Source of the DNA: Candidatus Anstonellales archaeon
GTDB taxonomy: Archaea; Micrarchaeota; Micrarchaeia; Anstonellales; J096
DNA length: 64,000 bases
Direction of reading: 5' to 3'
Assembly (NCBI GenBank): GCA_038890615.1
Contig: JAWAFI010000001.1
Location: forward strand, 432,843 to 496,842
The notes beneath the pieces were generated by a model, which was not told the DNA's origin, searched no databases, and saw nothing but the letters and a program-made list of their open reading frames with translations. Made by a program: the position numbers and the translations under genes. Positions 35,404 through 43,983 of this stretch are shown piece after piece (position 1 is the stretch's first letter; each line of letters opens with the position of its first letter).

Positions 35404-37749
35404 ATGACAATAAAATGGTTTTCTGAACTGAGAAAAGAGGATGTAGGCATAGTAGGGGGCAAGGGGGCGAACCTCGGAGAAATGAGCGCAGCAGGATTCC
35501 CAATACCTCTTGGGTTTGTGGTGACAGCTGAAGCCTACAGGCAATTCCTTGAGCACAACAAAATAGTACAGCCAATAAAGGGAATTCTGGACATGCTTGA
35601 TGTCAACAGTGCTAGCGACCTAAGCAGGGCTTCTGAAACAATAAAGAAGATGATAATTTCAGGTGAGATACCTAAGGAGATAGAAAGATCAATATTGCAG
35701 GCATACGAGAAGCTTTGCAGGGCAAGGAATGAGGAGGTGTTCGTTGCTGTAAGGAGCTCTGCGACTGCAGAGGACATACCTCAGGCGAGCTTTGCAGGCC
35801 AGCAGGCGTCATTTCTCAATGTAAGAGGGCCTGAGAATGTTGTTGCAGCTGTGAAGGAATGCTGGGCATCGTTATTTGAGCCAAGGGCAATATTCTACAG
35901 GGTGCAGCATGGCTTCAAGCATATGGATGTGGCAATCGCAGTTGTTGTGCAGGAGATGGTAAACGCAGATAGGTCAGGAGTTGCTTTCACCGTAGACCCC
36001 CTAACTGGCGATGAAGATGTCATTGTGATAGAGGCAGCTTTTGGGCTTGGGGAGGTTGTTGTTGGAGGGCTTATAACGCCCGATACTTACAAAGTAAGGA
36101 AGAGCACGCTTTCGCTAATTGAGAAAAGGGCAGGTGTGCAGGATTTCATGATTGTGTGCAACGATCAGGGGAGGAACGAGAAGGAATACCTCTCAAAGGA
36201 AAGCGGTGGGAGGCAGAAGCTTAGGGATGAGGAGATACTGGCGCTTGCTGCAATAGTAAAGGATATAGAGGAGCACTACAAGTTTCCGCAGGATATAGAG
36301 TGGGCCACTGAAAAAGGAAACATATTCATAGTGCAGTCAAGGCCAATAACCACACTTGCAAAGAAGGCAGATTACAAGCCTGCTGTTGAGGCAACTGCTA
36401 AAAAGGAGGAAAAGGTAGAAGTGGAGTTTGAAGGCCCTTCCAAAAAAGAGGCGAAAAAAGAAGAGGTTTCATCTCAAGAGATAGTGCTTAAAGGGCTTGG
36501 TGCATCCCCTGGCTTCGCTACAGGTCCAGCAAAGGTGCTTAAGTCACAGCAAGAAATAGGCAAGATAGTGAGTGGGGATATACTTGTTGCAAAGATGACT
36601 AGCCCTGACTATGTACCTGCAATGAAAAAGGCGTGCGCCATTATCACTGATGAAGGTGGGATGACATCGCATGCAGCCATAGTAAGCAGGGAGCTTGGGA
36701 TACCATGCGTGGTTGGCACAGGCAACGCAACTAGCTCCCTTAAAGAAGGGGAGATATTTACTGTTGATGGGACAAAAGGGCTTGTTTATATAGGGAAGAG
36801 GGTAGAGGTGAAAGAAGAGAAGGCAGTTAGCACAGGTAAGGTCATAACAGGGACTAAAATATATGTCAATGTGACAGACCCTGAAATTGCAGAAAGGGTT
36901 GCAAAGATGGATGTTGATGGGGTAGGGCTCTTAAGGGCTGAGTTCATGATCGCTTCTATGGGCAAGCATCCGCAGAAGTTTGTGGAAGAAGGGAAGCAGG
37001 ATGAATTCATAGATAACCTTGCTTCCAACCTTAGGAGGATAGCAGCTGCTTTCTACCCAAGGCCTGTTGTTTACAGGGCAAATGACTTCAAATCCAATGA
37101 GTACAGGAACCTTGAGGGAGGGAGCAAGTACGAGCAGGAAGAGGAGAACCCAATGATGGGGTACAGGGGGGCATTCAGGTACATTGATGATCCTTCTGTC
37201 TTCAGCATGGAGCTTAAGGCAATAAAAAAAGTAAGGGACGAATACAAGCTAAAGAACCTTTGGCTCATGATTCCTTTTGTAAGGACGGTCAACGAGCTCA
37301 GGGTAATAAAGGAGATGATAGCCCAGCATGGGCTGAAAAGGGACAACGATTTCAAGCTCTGGATAATGGTTGAGGTGCCTAGCACTGTGTTCCTTATAGA
37401 CAGGTTTTGCGAAGAGGGCATAGATGGCATTTCAATAGGCACCAATGATCTTACTCAGCTTGTGCTTGGCATAAGCAGGGACAACGCAAGGCTTGCGCGC
37501 GACTTTGATGAGAGGAACGAAGCAGTGCTCAGGGCAGTGGAGCAGGTTGTAAAGATCACAAGGAAGTATGGGGTCACTTCTTCGCTCTGCGGCCAGGCGC
37601 CATCAGTTTACCCTGAATTTGCAGCGCAGCTTGTCAACTTCGGCATAACAAGCGTTTCTGTCAATCCTGATGCTGCTGAAAGGACAAGAGCCATAGTTGC
37701 CTCTGCTGAGATGAAACTGCTGCTTGAAAGGGCGAGAGATAATCAATGA
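35404..37749 (+). CDS. ppsA: phosphoenolpyruvate synthase
   Basis: GGKGANLGE, AVRSSATAED, SFAGQQ, GGMTSHAAIVSRELG, SIGTNDLTQ, CGQAPS. Confidence 0.96.
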   Translation: MTIKWFSELRKEDVGIVGGKGANLGEMSAAGFPIPLGFVVTAEAYRQFLEHNKIVQPIKGILDMLDVNSASDLSRASETIKKMIISGEIPKEIERSILQAYEKLCRARNEEVFVAVRSSATAEDIPQASFAGQQASFLNVRGPENVVAAVKECWASLFEPRAIFYRVQHGFKHMDVAIAVVVQEMVNADRSGVAFTVDPLTGDEDVIVIEAAFGLGEVVVGGLITPDTYKVRKSTLSLIEKRAGVQDFMIVCNDQGRNEKEYLSKESGGRQKLRDEEILALAAIVKDIEEHYKFPQDIEWATEKGNIFIVQSRPITTLAKKADYKPAVEATAKKEEKVEVEFEGPSKKEAKKEEVSSQEIVLKGLGASPGFATGPAKVLKSQQEIGKIVSGDILVAKMTSPDYVPAMKKACAIITDEGGMTSHAAIVSRELGIPCVVGTGNATSSLKEGEIFTVDGTKGLVYIGKRVEVKEEKAVSTGKVITGTKIYVNVTDPEIAERVAKMDVDGVGLLRAEFMIASMGKHPQKFVEEGKQDEFIDNLASNLRRIAAAFYPRPVVYRANDFKSNEYRNLEGGSKYEQEEENPMMGYRGAFRYIDDPSVFSMELKAIKKVRDEYKLKNLWLMIPFVRTVNELRVIKEMIAQHGLKRDNDFKLWIMVEVPSTVFLIDRFCEEGIDGISIGTNDLTQLVLGISRDNARLARDFDERNEAVLRAVEQVVKITRKYGVTSSLCGQAPSVYPEFAAQLVNFGITSVSVNPDAAERTRAIVASAEMKLLLERARDNQ

Positions 37750-38636
37750 GGATCCTGCTTCAGTTCCCTGAAGGCCTGAAGCCAGAGGCAAAGAAATATG
37801 CTGATGAGCTTGAGGCGCAGGGGCACATTGTAATCCTCCACTCATCCCCTTCTTACGGTGCATGCGATATCCCAATCGATGACGCGAAAAAGCTAGGGGC
37901 AGATAAGATAATCCATTTTGGGCATACAAGATACATAAAAGGTGATATTGGCATTGAGGTGGAGTATGTGCCAATAACAAAAGAGATGGATATAGCACTG
38001 GTTGACAAGAGCATCCCTTTTCTTGAAGGGCACAAGGAATTCTCTCTGATTGCTACCTCTTCTTACCTAGGGCACTTGGAAAAAGTGAAGAACAGGTACA
38101 ATGAGCTCGGTAAAAAGGCAAACGTGCATAATGCCGATGTTGCATCACCTGGGCAGGTGCTTGGATGCGATGGAAGTGCTGCAAAGGACGCGTTGGTCGT
38201 ATTCATAGGGGAAGGGCTTTTCCACCTAAAGGCTCTTGCAGGTAAGAAGGTTCTTTACATCCATCCTCCTTCTGGGAATATTGGCTGGGCAGAAGAAGAG
38301 CTTGAAAGGCATGCCAAAAGGAGGAAAGGGGCTCTTGCCAAAGCGCTTGAGGCAAAGACATTCGGCATTCTGGTGAGCACAAAGCCGGGCCAGTTTTCAA
38401 TAGCAGCTGCTGAGCAGATTAAAGCAGAGCTTGGCGCGCTTGGCAGGGAAGCATACATAATAGCAGGGAATGAGCTTCTCCATTCATCAGTTTCAAACTA
38501 TACATTCATAGATGCTTTCATAACAACTGCGTGCCCCCGCATGGCTGATGATGCAGAGGCTTTTGGCAAGCCAGTGCTTGACATAACCCTATGCAATGAG
38601 CTTATTGACCAGCTAAGGAATCACTTTGGAAAGTAG
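37746..38636 (+). CDS. dph2: diphthamide biosynthesis enzyme Dph2
   Basis: LQFPEGLK, YGACD, HFGH, GQVLGCD, TACPR. Confidence 0.93.
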   Translation: MRILLQFPEGLKPEAKKYADELEAQGHIVILHSSPSYGACDIPIDDAKKLGADKIIHFGHTRYIKGDIGIEVEYVPITKEMDIALVDKSIPFLEGHKEFSLIATSSYLGHLEKVKNRYNELGKKANVHNADVASPGQVLGCDGSAAKDALVVFIGEGLFHLKALAGKKVLYIHPPSGNIGWAEEELERHAKRRKGALAKALEAKTFGILVSTKPGQFSIAAAEQIKAELGALGREAYIIAGNELLHSSVSNYTFIDAFITTACPRMADDAEAFGKPVLDITLCNELIDQLRNHFGK

Positions 38637-39253
38637 GTTTCAACCTTACTTCTGTCTATAAAGCTTGATATGTATCTTTCCTCTTCTTCAGTTTTTATTA
38701 CAGGCTTGTCCGTCTTTTCAAAAGGAAGCATGTGCATATGGGTTATCTCTGGCTTCAACTCCTTGCAGTGGGAGATGTATTCTTGAGGGCTTTCACTCCA
38801 GAATCCTTGCGAAGGGTCGTAAAGTATCCTCTTTCCGTTGAGGTAAACTAAGAGTACTGCATGCTTTAGGTATTCAGTCCTACTTTCATGGCTCAACCCA
38901 AACACGACTATTGCTGGAAGGGCCTCAACACCCATGTCCCTTATCACTTGGAGGGCAACTGTTGCCTTTTCCATGCACTGCCCTGTGCCTGTTGTGAGCA
39001 CCTCAAAAGAGCTGATAACTTGGTCATACTCGTAAGCATGCTCGCCGTTTATTGACCTAACCTTTATTGTAACTTTTTTTGCAATCTCCTCCATTGTAAT
39101 GTTCCTGTTTTCTGATTTGACATTTTTTGAGACCCATATGCGTATGTTGTTAGGCTGCCTCCCATTGTATATTTTAGTGTAGTAATTTTCGCTGATTGCG
39201 CAGGCAGCCAGCAGGATGATCGGCACAACACGCATGATCTTATGGAGCTTCAT
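38621..39253 (-). CDS. transglutaminase-like Cys-His-Asp protein, predicted lipoprotein
   Basis: GQCMEKA...HAVLLV..YDPS triad; signal MKLHKIMRVVPIILLAAC; GGGGTGG SD-like sequence. Confidence 0.7.
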   Translation of the reverse strand: MKLHKIMRVVPIILLAACAISENYYTKIYNGRQPNNIRIWVSKNVKSENRNITMEEIAKKVTIKVRSINGEHAYEYDQVISSFEVLTTGTGQCMEKATVALQVIRDMGVEALPAIVVFGLSHESRTEYLKHAVLLVYLNGKRILYDPSQGFWSESPQEYISHCKELKPEITHMHMLPFEKTDKPVIKTEEEERYISSFIDRSKVETYFPK

Positions 39254-39407
39254 ATTGCCACCCCATTCTGAATTCAGACAGCCCAAACAAACTCTTGCTC
39301 CAAGGGCTTTTTCCTGCCATGCTCGCCTATATATTATATGCATCCTTTTTTAATTATAACCTTTCTCAAACACAAAGCCTTTTAATACCCTATCAGCAAA
39401 GCTTTTC

Positions 39408-40361
39408 ATGGGCAGCTCAGAGGCACTTAACTATTGTTGGTCATCACTGCCTAATGTTTCGCGCTCTTTTGCGCTTACCATCCCTTACATAGATGAGAGC
39501 ATAAGGGACAAGGTGATGCTCGGCTACCTTGAAGCAAGGATCCTTGACACAATAGAGGATTCAGACATAGAAAAGGGCATGAAGCTCAGGCTCATGGACC
39601 TATGGCTTTCAGTGCTAGCTGTTGAAAGGTGGAACGACAATGTTGTAAGGGCAATTGAAAAGAACCTTGATGAGCTTTCATGCGTTTGCAAGTTCATAGG
39701 GAATGAATACTACAAAGGTCTGATGCAGAATGCAAAGAAGGTAATAGAGGTGCACAAGGAGATGGGTGCTGGATTCTGGAAGATATGCTACAGGTGGTTC
39801 AACGAGATGAAGGAAGGGATGAAGGAGTTCCTTTCAAGGAGGATAGAGACATTTGAAGACCTTGACAGATATACTTACTATGTTGCAGGAACAGTAGGCG
39901 GTTTTCTAACAGATTTGGTTGCCCTTGAGATAAAAGACAGCTCGGTTGTTGAGAGGCTTAAGGAGGATGCAGAGGATGTTGGCATGTTCCTGCAAAAGGT
40001 GAATGTTATAAGGGACTACAGGGTTGACACGCTTGAAGGAAGGCACTTCTGGCCTGCAAAGCTGCTTGGCAACTACAGCTACGATGACTTGCTAAAGGAG
40101 GAGAACATGAGGGATTCCCTCAGGATACTCTCTGCAATGGTCAAGGAGGCAAGGAGGCATGTGCAAAGGTGCGAGAGATACATAAGCTCAATCCCAGAGA
40201 GGCTCAAAGGTTACCGCTCCTTTGTTGCTATCAATTATCTTATGGCGCTCCGCACCCTTGAAAAGGTTGAAGGAAACCCTGCGCTCTTCCTTTCTCAAGA
40301 GCCAGTGAAGATAGGCAGGGATGAGGTAAGCAGGATAATAAAGGAAGTAACAAAGTCTTGA
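39408..40361 (+). CDS. squalene/phytoene synthase family protein
   Basis: VSRSFAL, YLEARILDTIED, DLDRYTYYVAGTVG, FLQKVNVIRD...GRHFWP. Confidence 0.9.
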   Translation: MGSSEALNYCWSSLPNVSRSFALTIPYIDESIRDKVMLGYLEARILDTIEDSDIEKGMKLRLMDLWLSVLAVERWNDNVVRAIEKNLDELSCVCKFIGNEYYKGLMQNAKKVIEVHKEMGAGFWKICYRWFNEMKEGMKEFLSRRIETFEDLDRYTYYVAGTVGGFLTDLVALEIKDSSVVERLKEDAEDVGMFLQKVNVIRDYRVDTLEGRHFWPAKLLGNYSYDDLLKEENMRDSLRILSAMVKEARRHVQRCERYISSIPERLKGYRSFVAINYLMALRTLEKVEGNPALFLSQEPVKIGRDEVSRIIKEVTKS

Positions 40362-40502
40362 AAGCTAGGATGAGAAAAGCCTGCTCACAAATAAATTTAA
40401 AAATCTTTTTGCAGTTAATTAATCCTTATGGGAAGAATGGTCGCTAAGGAAAAAACCATTCATGCATCCACTATCCTTAGCACCAGCTTTTTCTTTTGCT
40501 TT

Positions 40503-40524
40503 AGCGGCTAGCCCCCTAGCCGCT
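40503..40524 (+). repeat. perfect 9-bp inverted repeat (hairpin) followed by a pyrimidine tract
   Basis: AGCGGCTAG-CCCC-CTAGCCGCT then CCCTCTCTTTTCT. Confidence 0.75.
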
Positions 40525-40606
40525 GTACGTCCCTCTCTTTTCTAAATATGTTCTTGTGGTTTTTATCCACCTAATTTCCTAACTAGAAAAGCAAGAAGGT
40601 GATGCT

Positions 40607-40879
40607 GTGAATAAGGTTGTTGCAAACAAGAAAGACGAAGCTCCTGCGAAAAAGGCAGGCGCTGCTAGGTGGGACCAAAGGTCCTTGGACAAGTGGCACG
40701 AGAGGCTGAAAGCGATGAGCTTGGATGAGATTATAGAAGAGAAAAAGCAGCTCGAGAATGATCTGGGCTCAGGCTCAGCAAAGGAAAAGAAAAATACAGA
40801 AGAAAAGCTTAAAGTTTTGGAGGATGTTGCATATGAAAAGATAGAAGAGATTACAGGCACTCACGGCTGGGGATGCTAA
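40607..40879 (+). CDS. hypothetical charged helical protein, 90 aa
   Basis: Strong SD AGGTGAT before GTG; ends THGWGC. Confidence 0.65.
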   Translation: MNKVVANKKDEAPAKKAGAARWDQRSLDKWHERLKAMSLDEIIEEKKQLENDLGSGSAKEKKNTEEKLKVLEDVAYEKIEEITGTHGWGC

Positions 40880-40891
40880 CCCTTTTCATCT

Positions 40892-41416
40892 CTAGCTGAC
40901 GAGTGCCTTCAGCACATCATGTGCAACTTCAACTGGAATTGCAAGGAAGAATTCGGCATTCCCTGGGCTTTTTTCTGTTGCTGGAACCAGCACTTTGCTT
41001 GGGTCGCACTTTACTAATTCATTTCCATTTACTGGGTCATGGCTTAATTCGTACATGGGCAGCCTCATATAAAGGTTTTCTGATATCTTCTTTTTGTATA
41101 TATGCATAGGGTTAAGGGGTACATATACTTCTTCGTTCTTGACCTCTACCATCAGTGCTGCGTACTGATTTAAGAGGAATGGGCTTCTAGAAAGCAAATA
41201 AGCCTCTGCTTCACCCAACTCCATCACTGCATGTACTCCATTCTCATCGCATTTGCACACTCCCAATACCTTTCTTTCCAGCTTTTGTGGTGGCTGTTCA
41301 GGTTCAACCTTGTAGTACTTGAACACCGCGCTTGGAGAAAGAAAACGCATGTTCTTCACCTGCTCAGCCAGCTTAACTACCTCAAGCTTAGGTCCTTTAA
41401 CTGCATTTTCCTTCAT
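40892..41416 (-). CDS. hypothetical protein
   Basis: SD GAGGTGA before the ATG at 41416; no recognised motif. Confidence 0.65.
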   Translation of the reverse strand: MKENAVKGPKLEVVKLAEQVKNMRFLSPSAVFKYYKVEPEQPPQKLERKVLGVCKCDENGVHAVMELGEAEAYLLSRSPFLLNQYAALMVEVKNEEVYVPLNPMHIYKKKISENLYMRLPMYELSHDPVNGNELVKCDPSKVLVPATEKSPGNAEFFLAIPVEVAHDVLKALVS

Positions 41417-41636
41417 TATTTTCACCTCTAAGCATCCTTTTGTAGAGCCAATATTTTTGCACAGCCCTCCAAACAGTCATTCTGGATAAGCCAAACATGG
41501 ATGAGAGCTGCCTGAATGAATAAGGCCTTGAGCAATAGGCATCAAGCAGGTTTTCCAAAACCTCAGGGGTTATTGAGCATTTCCTCCCCCGCCTGTGCCC
41601 AGCATTAAAAAGAGTTTTTATTTTTTCGTGAGCCAA
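41397..41636 (-). CDS. small helix-turn-helix protein (5' end possibly frameshifted)
   Basis: RRGRK...YSFRQLSSMFGLSRMTVWRAV; only a TTG start is in frame. Confidence 0.55.
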   Translation of the reverse strand: MAHEKIKTLFNAGHRRGRKCSITPEVLENLLDAYCSRPYSFRQLSSMFGLSRMTVWRAVQKYWLYKRMLRGENNEGKCS

Positions 41637-41826
41637 ACCTCTGCCATCAGCGGATTTCTAACCACCTTTTTGAAAGGTTTTTTTCTTCCATCAAGCTCAC
41701 CTACTTTTATTATTAGTAGGGGATATCTTTTTAAATATGTGTCCCATTATTGGCCAAGCTAAGGATCTTTAGCCATTTCCCTAACAAAAGCCAAATCGTT
41801 TAAATATCTTGCATAGTGCATTAGCC

Positions 41827-43131
41827 ATGAAAAGGTATTTGCCGTTTCTTATATTGGCGGTGGCAATATCTGCAATGGTTTTTTCAGCAGTGCAGATGGG
41901 CCATGAGCAGCCAATGGTGATTTACTACGATGGAGCGCATGTTGTGCAGAAAGAACAGCTTGCCATAAAAGACGGGAAAGCAGAAGCGCTTTTTTCCTAC
42001 AACCCTGTAGCAAACACCGTTGTGGTGCTTTCGCCAACCGACTTCCTTTCCTACACCATCAAAACTGCCTCACAAAGAGTTGAGGGATTGGAAAGGGAAG
42101 TGGTTGCATACGATTCCAATGGCAAGGCATATGAGGGCACTATGATATCCAGCTCACCGCTCACTATAAGGACAAAGGAAGGTGTTGTGGTTGTGAGCGA
42201 TATAGTGAGCCTGCTCTACAAGGGAATAGAGAGCCTTGATGATGAGAAGAAGCAGGCGCTTTTGCTTTTCTTCCAGCAGCAGAGCGGTTCTATCGATGCT
42301 CTTTTCTCCTACATAACCCCAGACATAAGCTGGAAGCCGGTGCTTACCCTTGATGAAGGTGCAAAGATGGGGGTAAAGCTCTCTGCATCAGTGAGCAATT
42401 CAGGCGACCCTCTTAGCGGAAGGGTAAGGTTTGTTACCCAGCAGGTGCTCCCTTACAGCTCCTATTATAGGTATGCAAAGGCATACTCTGCCTATAATTA
42501 CGAAACAGGGGTGGCTTATGAATCTGCCTCTGCAATCTCGGCATTTGGGGAAAGGTATTCCTATGAGCCTAGCCATGATGTTCTGCTTGATGAAGGGACT
42601 ACTTTAGTGCCACTGAAAGAAGGCACACAGGATTTCTATACATACTACAAGTTCGTAGTGCCTTCATACTCAAGCGAAATATTGCATCCAGGCAAGCATG
42701 TTGCGTTTAGGAACACTTTTGCCCCATTGCCTGCTGGATCAGAAGTGCAGTACCTTGTTGGCTCTGCATACATGAATACGCTTTCTCTTTCCAAAGACAT
42801 ACCAGTTGGGGAAGAGGTTGACTTGGAAGTGGCTTCTGCATTTGACATAACCGCAAACACTACTATTATTACTGATGAGCAGTCCTACAGCGGAAGGAGG
42901 ACTAGATACCATGTTGTAATAACCAACTACAAGGACAGCAGAGTGCCTATCAGGGCTGCCTACCAGGGCTATGGGGATTGGAAAGTGCTTGCTGAAACCG
43001 CAGACCATGTAAAGGTAAACGCCAACGAGATATACTGGGAGTACACGCTTGGGAAAGGCGAGAAGGCTGAGCTTGATTTCACTATTGAGTATATATACAA
43101 CACAAAGCCTTACATACTACCAAGCCAATAG
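41827..43131 (+). CDS. secreted DUF4139-like protein
   Basis: Signal peptide; ISWKP, PLPAG, IPVGEEVDL..AFDI, ITNYKD, GDWKV..EIYWEYTL..LDFTIEY. Confidence 0.7.
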   Translation: MKRYLPFLILAVAISAMVFSAVQMGHEQPMVIYYDGAHVVQKEQLAIKDGKAEALFSYNPVANTVVVLSPTDFLSYTIKTASQRVEGLEREVVAYDSNGKAYEGTMISSSPLTIRTKEGVVVVSDIVSLLYKGIESLDDEKKQALLLFFQQQSGSIDALFSYITPDISWKPVLTLDEGAKMGVKLSASVSNSGDPLSGRVRFVTQQVLPYSSYYRYAKAYSAYNYETGVAYESASAISAFGERYSYEPSHDVLLDEGTTLVPLKEGTQDFYTYYKFVVPSYSSEILHPGKHVAFRNTFAPLPAGSEVQYLVGSAYMNTLSLSKDIPVGEEVDLEVASAFDITANTTIITDEQSYSGRRTRYHVVITNYKDSRVPIRAAYQGYGDWKVLAETADHVKVNANEIYWEYTLGKGEKAELDFTIEYIYNTKPYILPSQ

Positions 43132-43182
43132 ATTAAACCAATAATTTTCTTAACTTCCTTAATTTTTAGGAAAACCTAAATC

Positions 43183-43983
43183 CTAAATGGCAAGCAGGAT
43201 TGCTTGGTATATCATGGCTGCAGCCATCCCTGGAATCAAGAGATAAGGGAGCGCAGGGGCGAATTCCCCCTTCTCAATCCTGCTGAACATAACAACAATG
43301 CCTGACATGCAGCCTAATATGAAAATAAAGGAGTGGGGCATAGAAAGTTGGAGGAAAGAGCAGGCAATGGCAGTTGGCAAGGCTATATCGCCTGTCCCTA
43401 ATGATATTGTAGATTCTTCACCCTTTATTTTCTCAGTGCTTGTTACCATCATAGACATCTCATGCTTTGCTATTGTCTGCGCCAGCTCTATCATATGGCC
43501 TGTTTTCCTTACTGCTACATAGTCGTAGACAATAAGGGCTGCGCCAAGCCCTATGGCAAGCCAGTAGCTTATGCTTGAGCCGATAAGGGCGCCTATTCCT
43601 GCGCTAGCTAGCAGGGCTGTTGCATTTTTTAGCCTGAAGTCCCTTGCAAAGCTTACAGAGCTTGCCACTATCCCTGAGAAAAAGAGCGAAAATAAGTAGT
43701 TAAGGCCCAAAGCGCTGAATAATGGGAAGAATGTTATGCTCATGCCTGCTGTGCTTGCCCCAATGTCAATAGCCCCATATATGAAAGAGAATTTCATCCT
43801 GTTTAAAATAATGAAGAAGAGAGTCCCAAACAGGAACGAGCCCCCTATTATCGCTGCCATTTCCCATTCATTGAATCCTTTTAAGGGATCTATGTCTTCC
43901 GGAAGGGGCTTCAATGCAAAATAAAGGGTTATAAGGATGCCGAGCATTGCTGCAAGCGCATACTTAAGCAGCATTGAAAGCAT
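43183..43983 (-). CDS. presenilin/signal-peptide-peptidase-family intramembrane aspartyl protease
   Basis: Multi-TM with YD, LGTGD and PALP motifs; TAATG-coupled to mcm. Confidence 0.88.
   Translation of the reverse strand: MLSMLLKYALAAMLGILITLYFALKPLPEDIDPLKGFNEWEMAAIIGGSFLFGTLFFIILNRMKFSFIYGAIDIGASTAGMSITFFPLFSALGLNYLFSLFFSGIVASSVSFARDFRLKNATALLASAGIGALIGSSISYWLAIGLGAALIVYDYVAVRKTGHMIELAQTIAKHEMSMMVTSTEKIKGEESTISLGTGDIALPTAIACSFLQLSMPHSFIFILGCMSGIVVMFSRIEKGEFAPALPYLLIPGMAAAMIYQAILLAI

Noticed and set aside
39240..39320. 26-codon minus-strand ORF overlapping the transglutaminase start
   Set aside because: Short, weak SD, no motif; cannot be supported.
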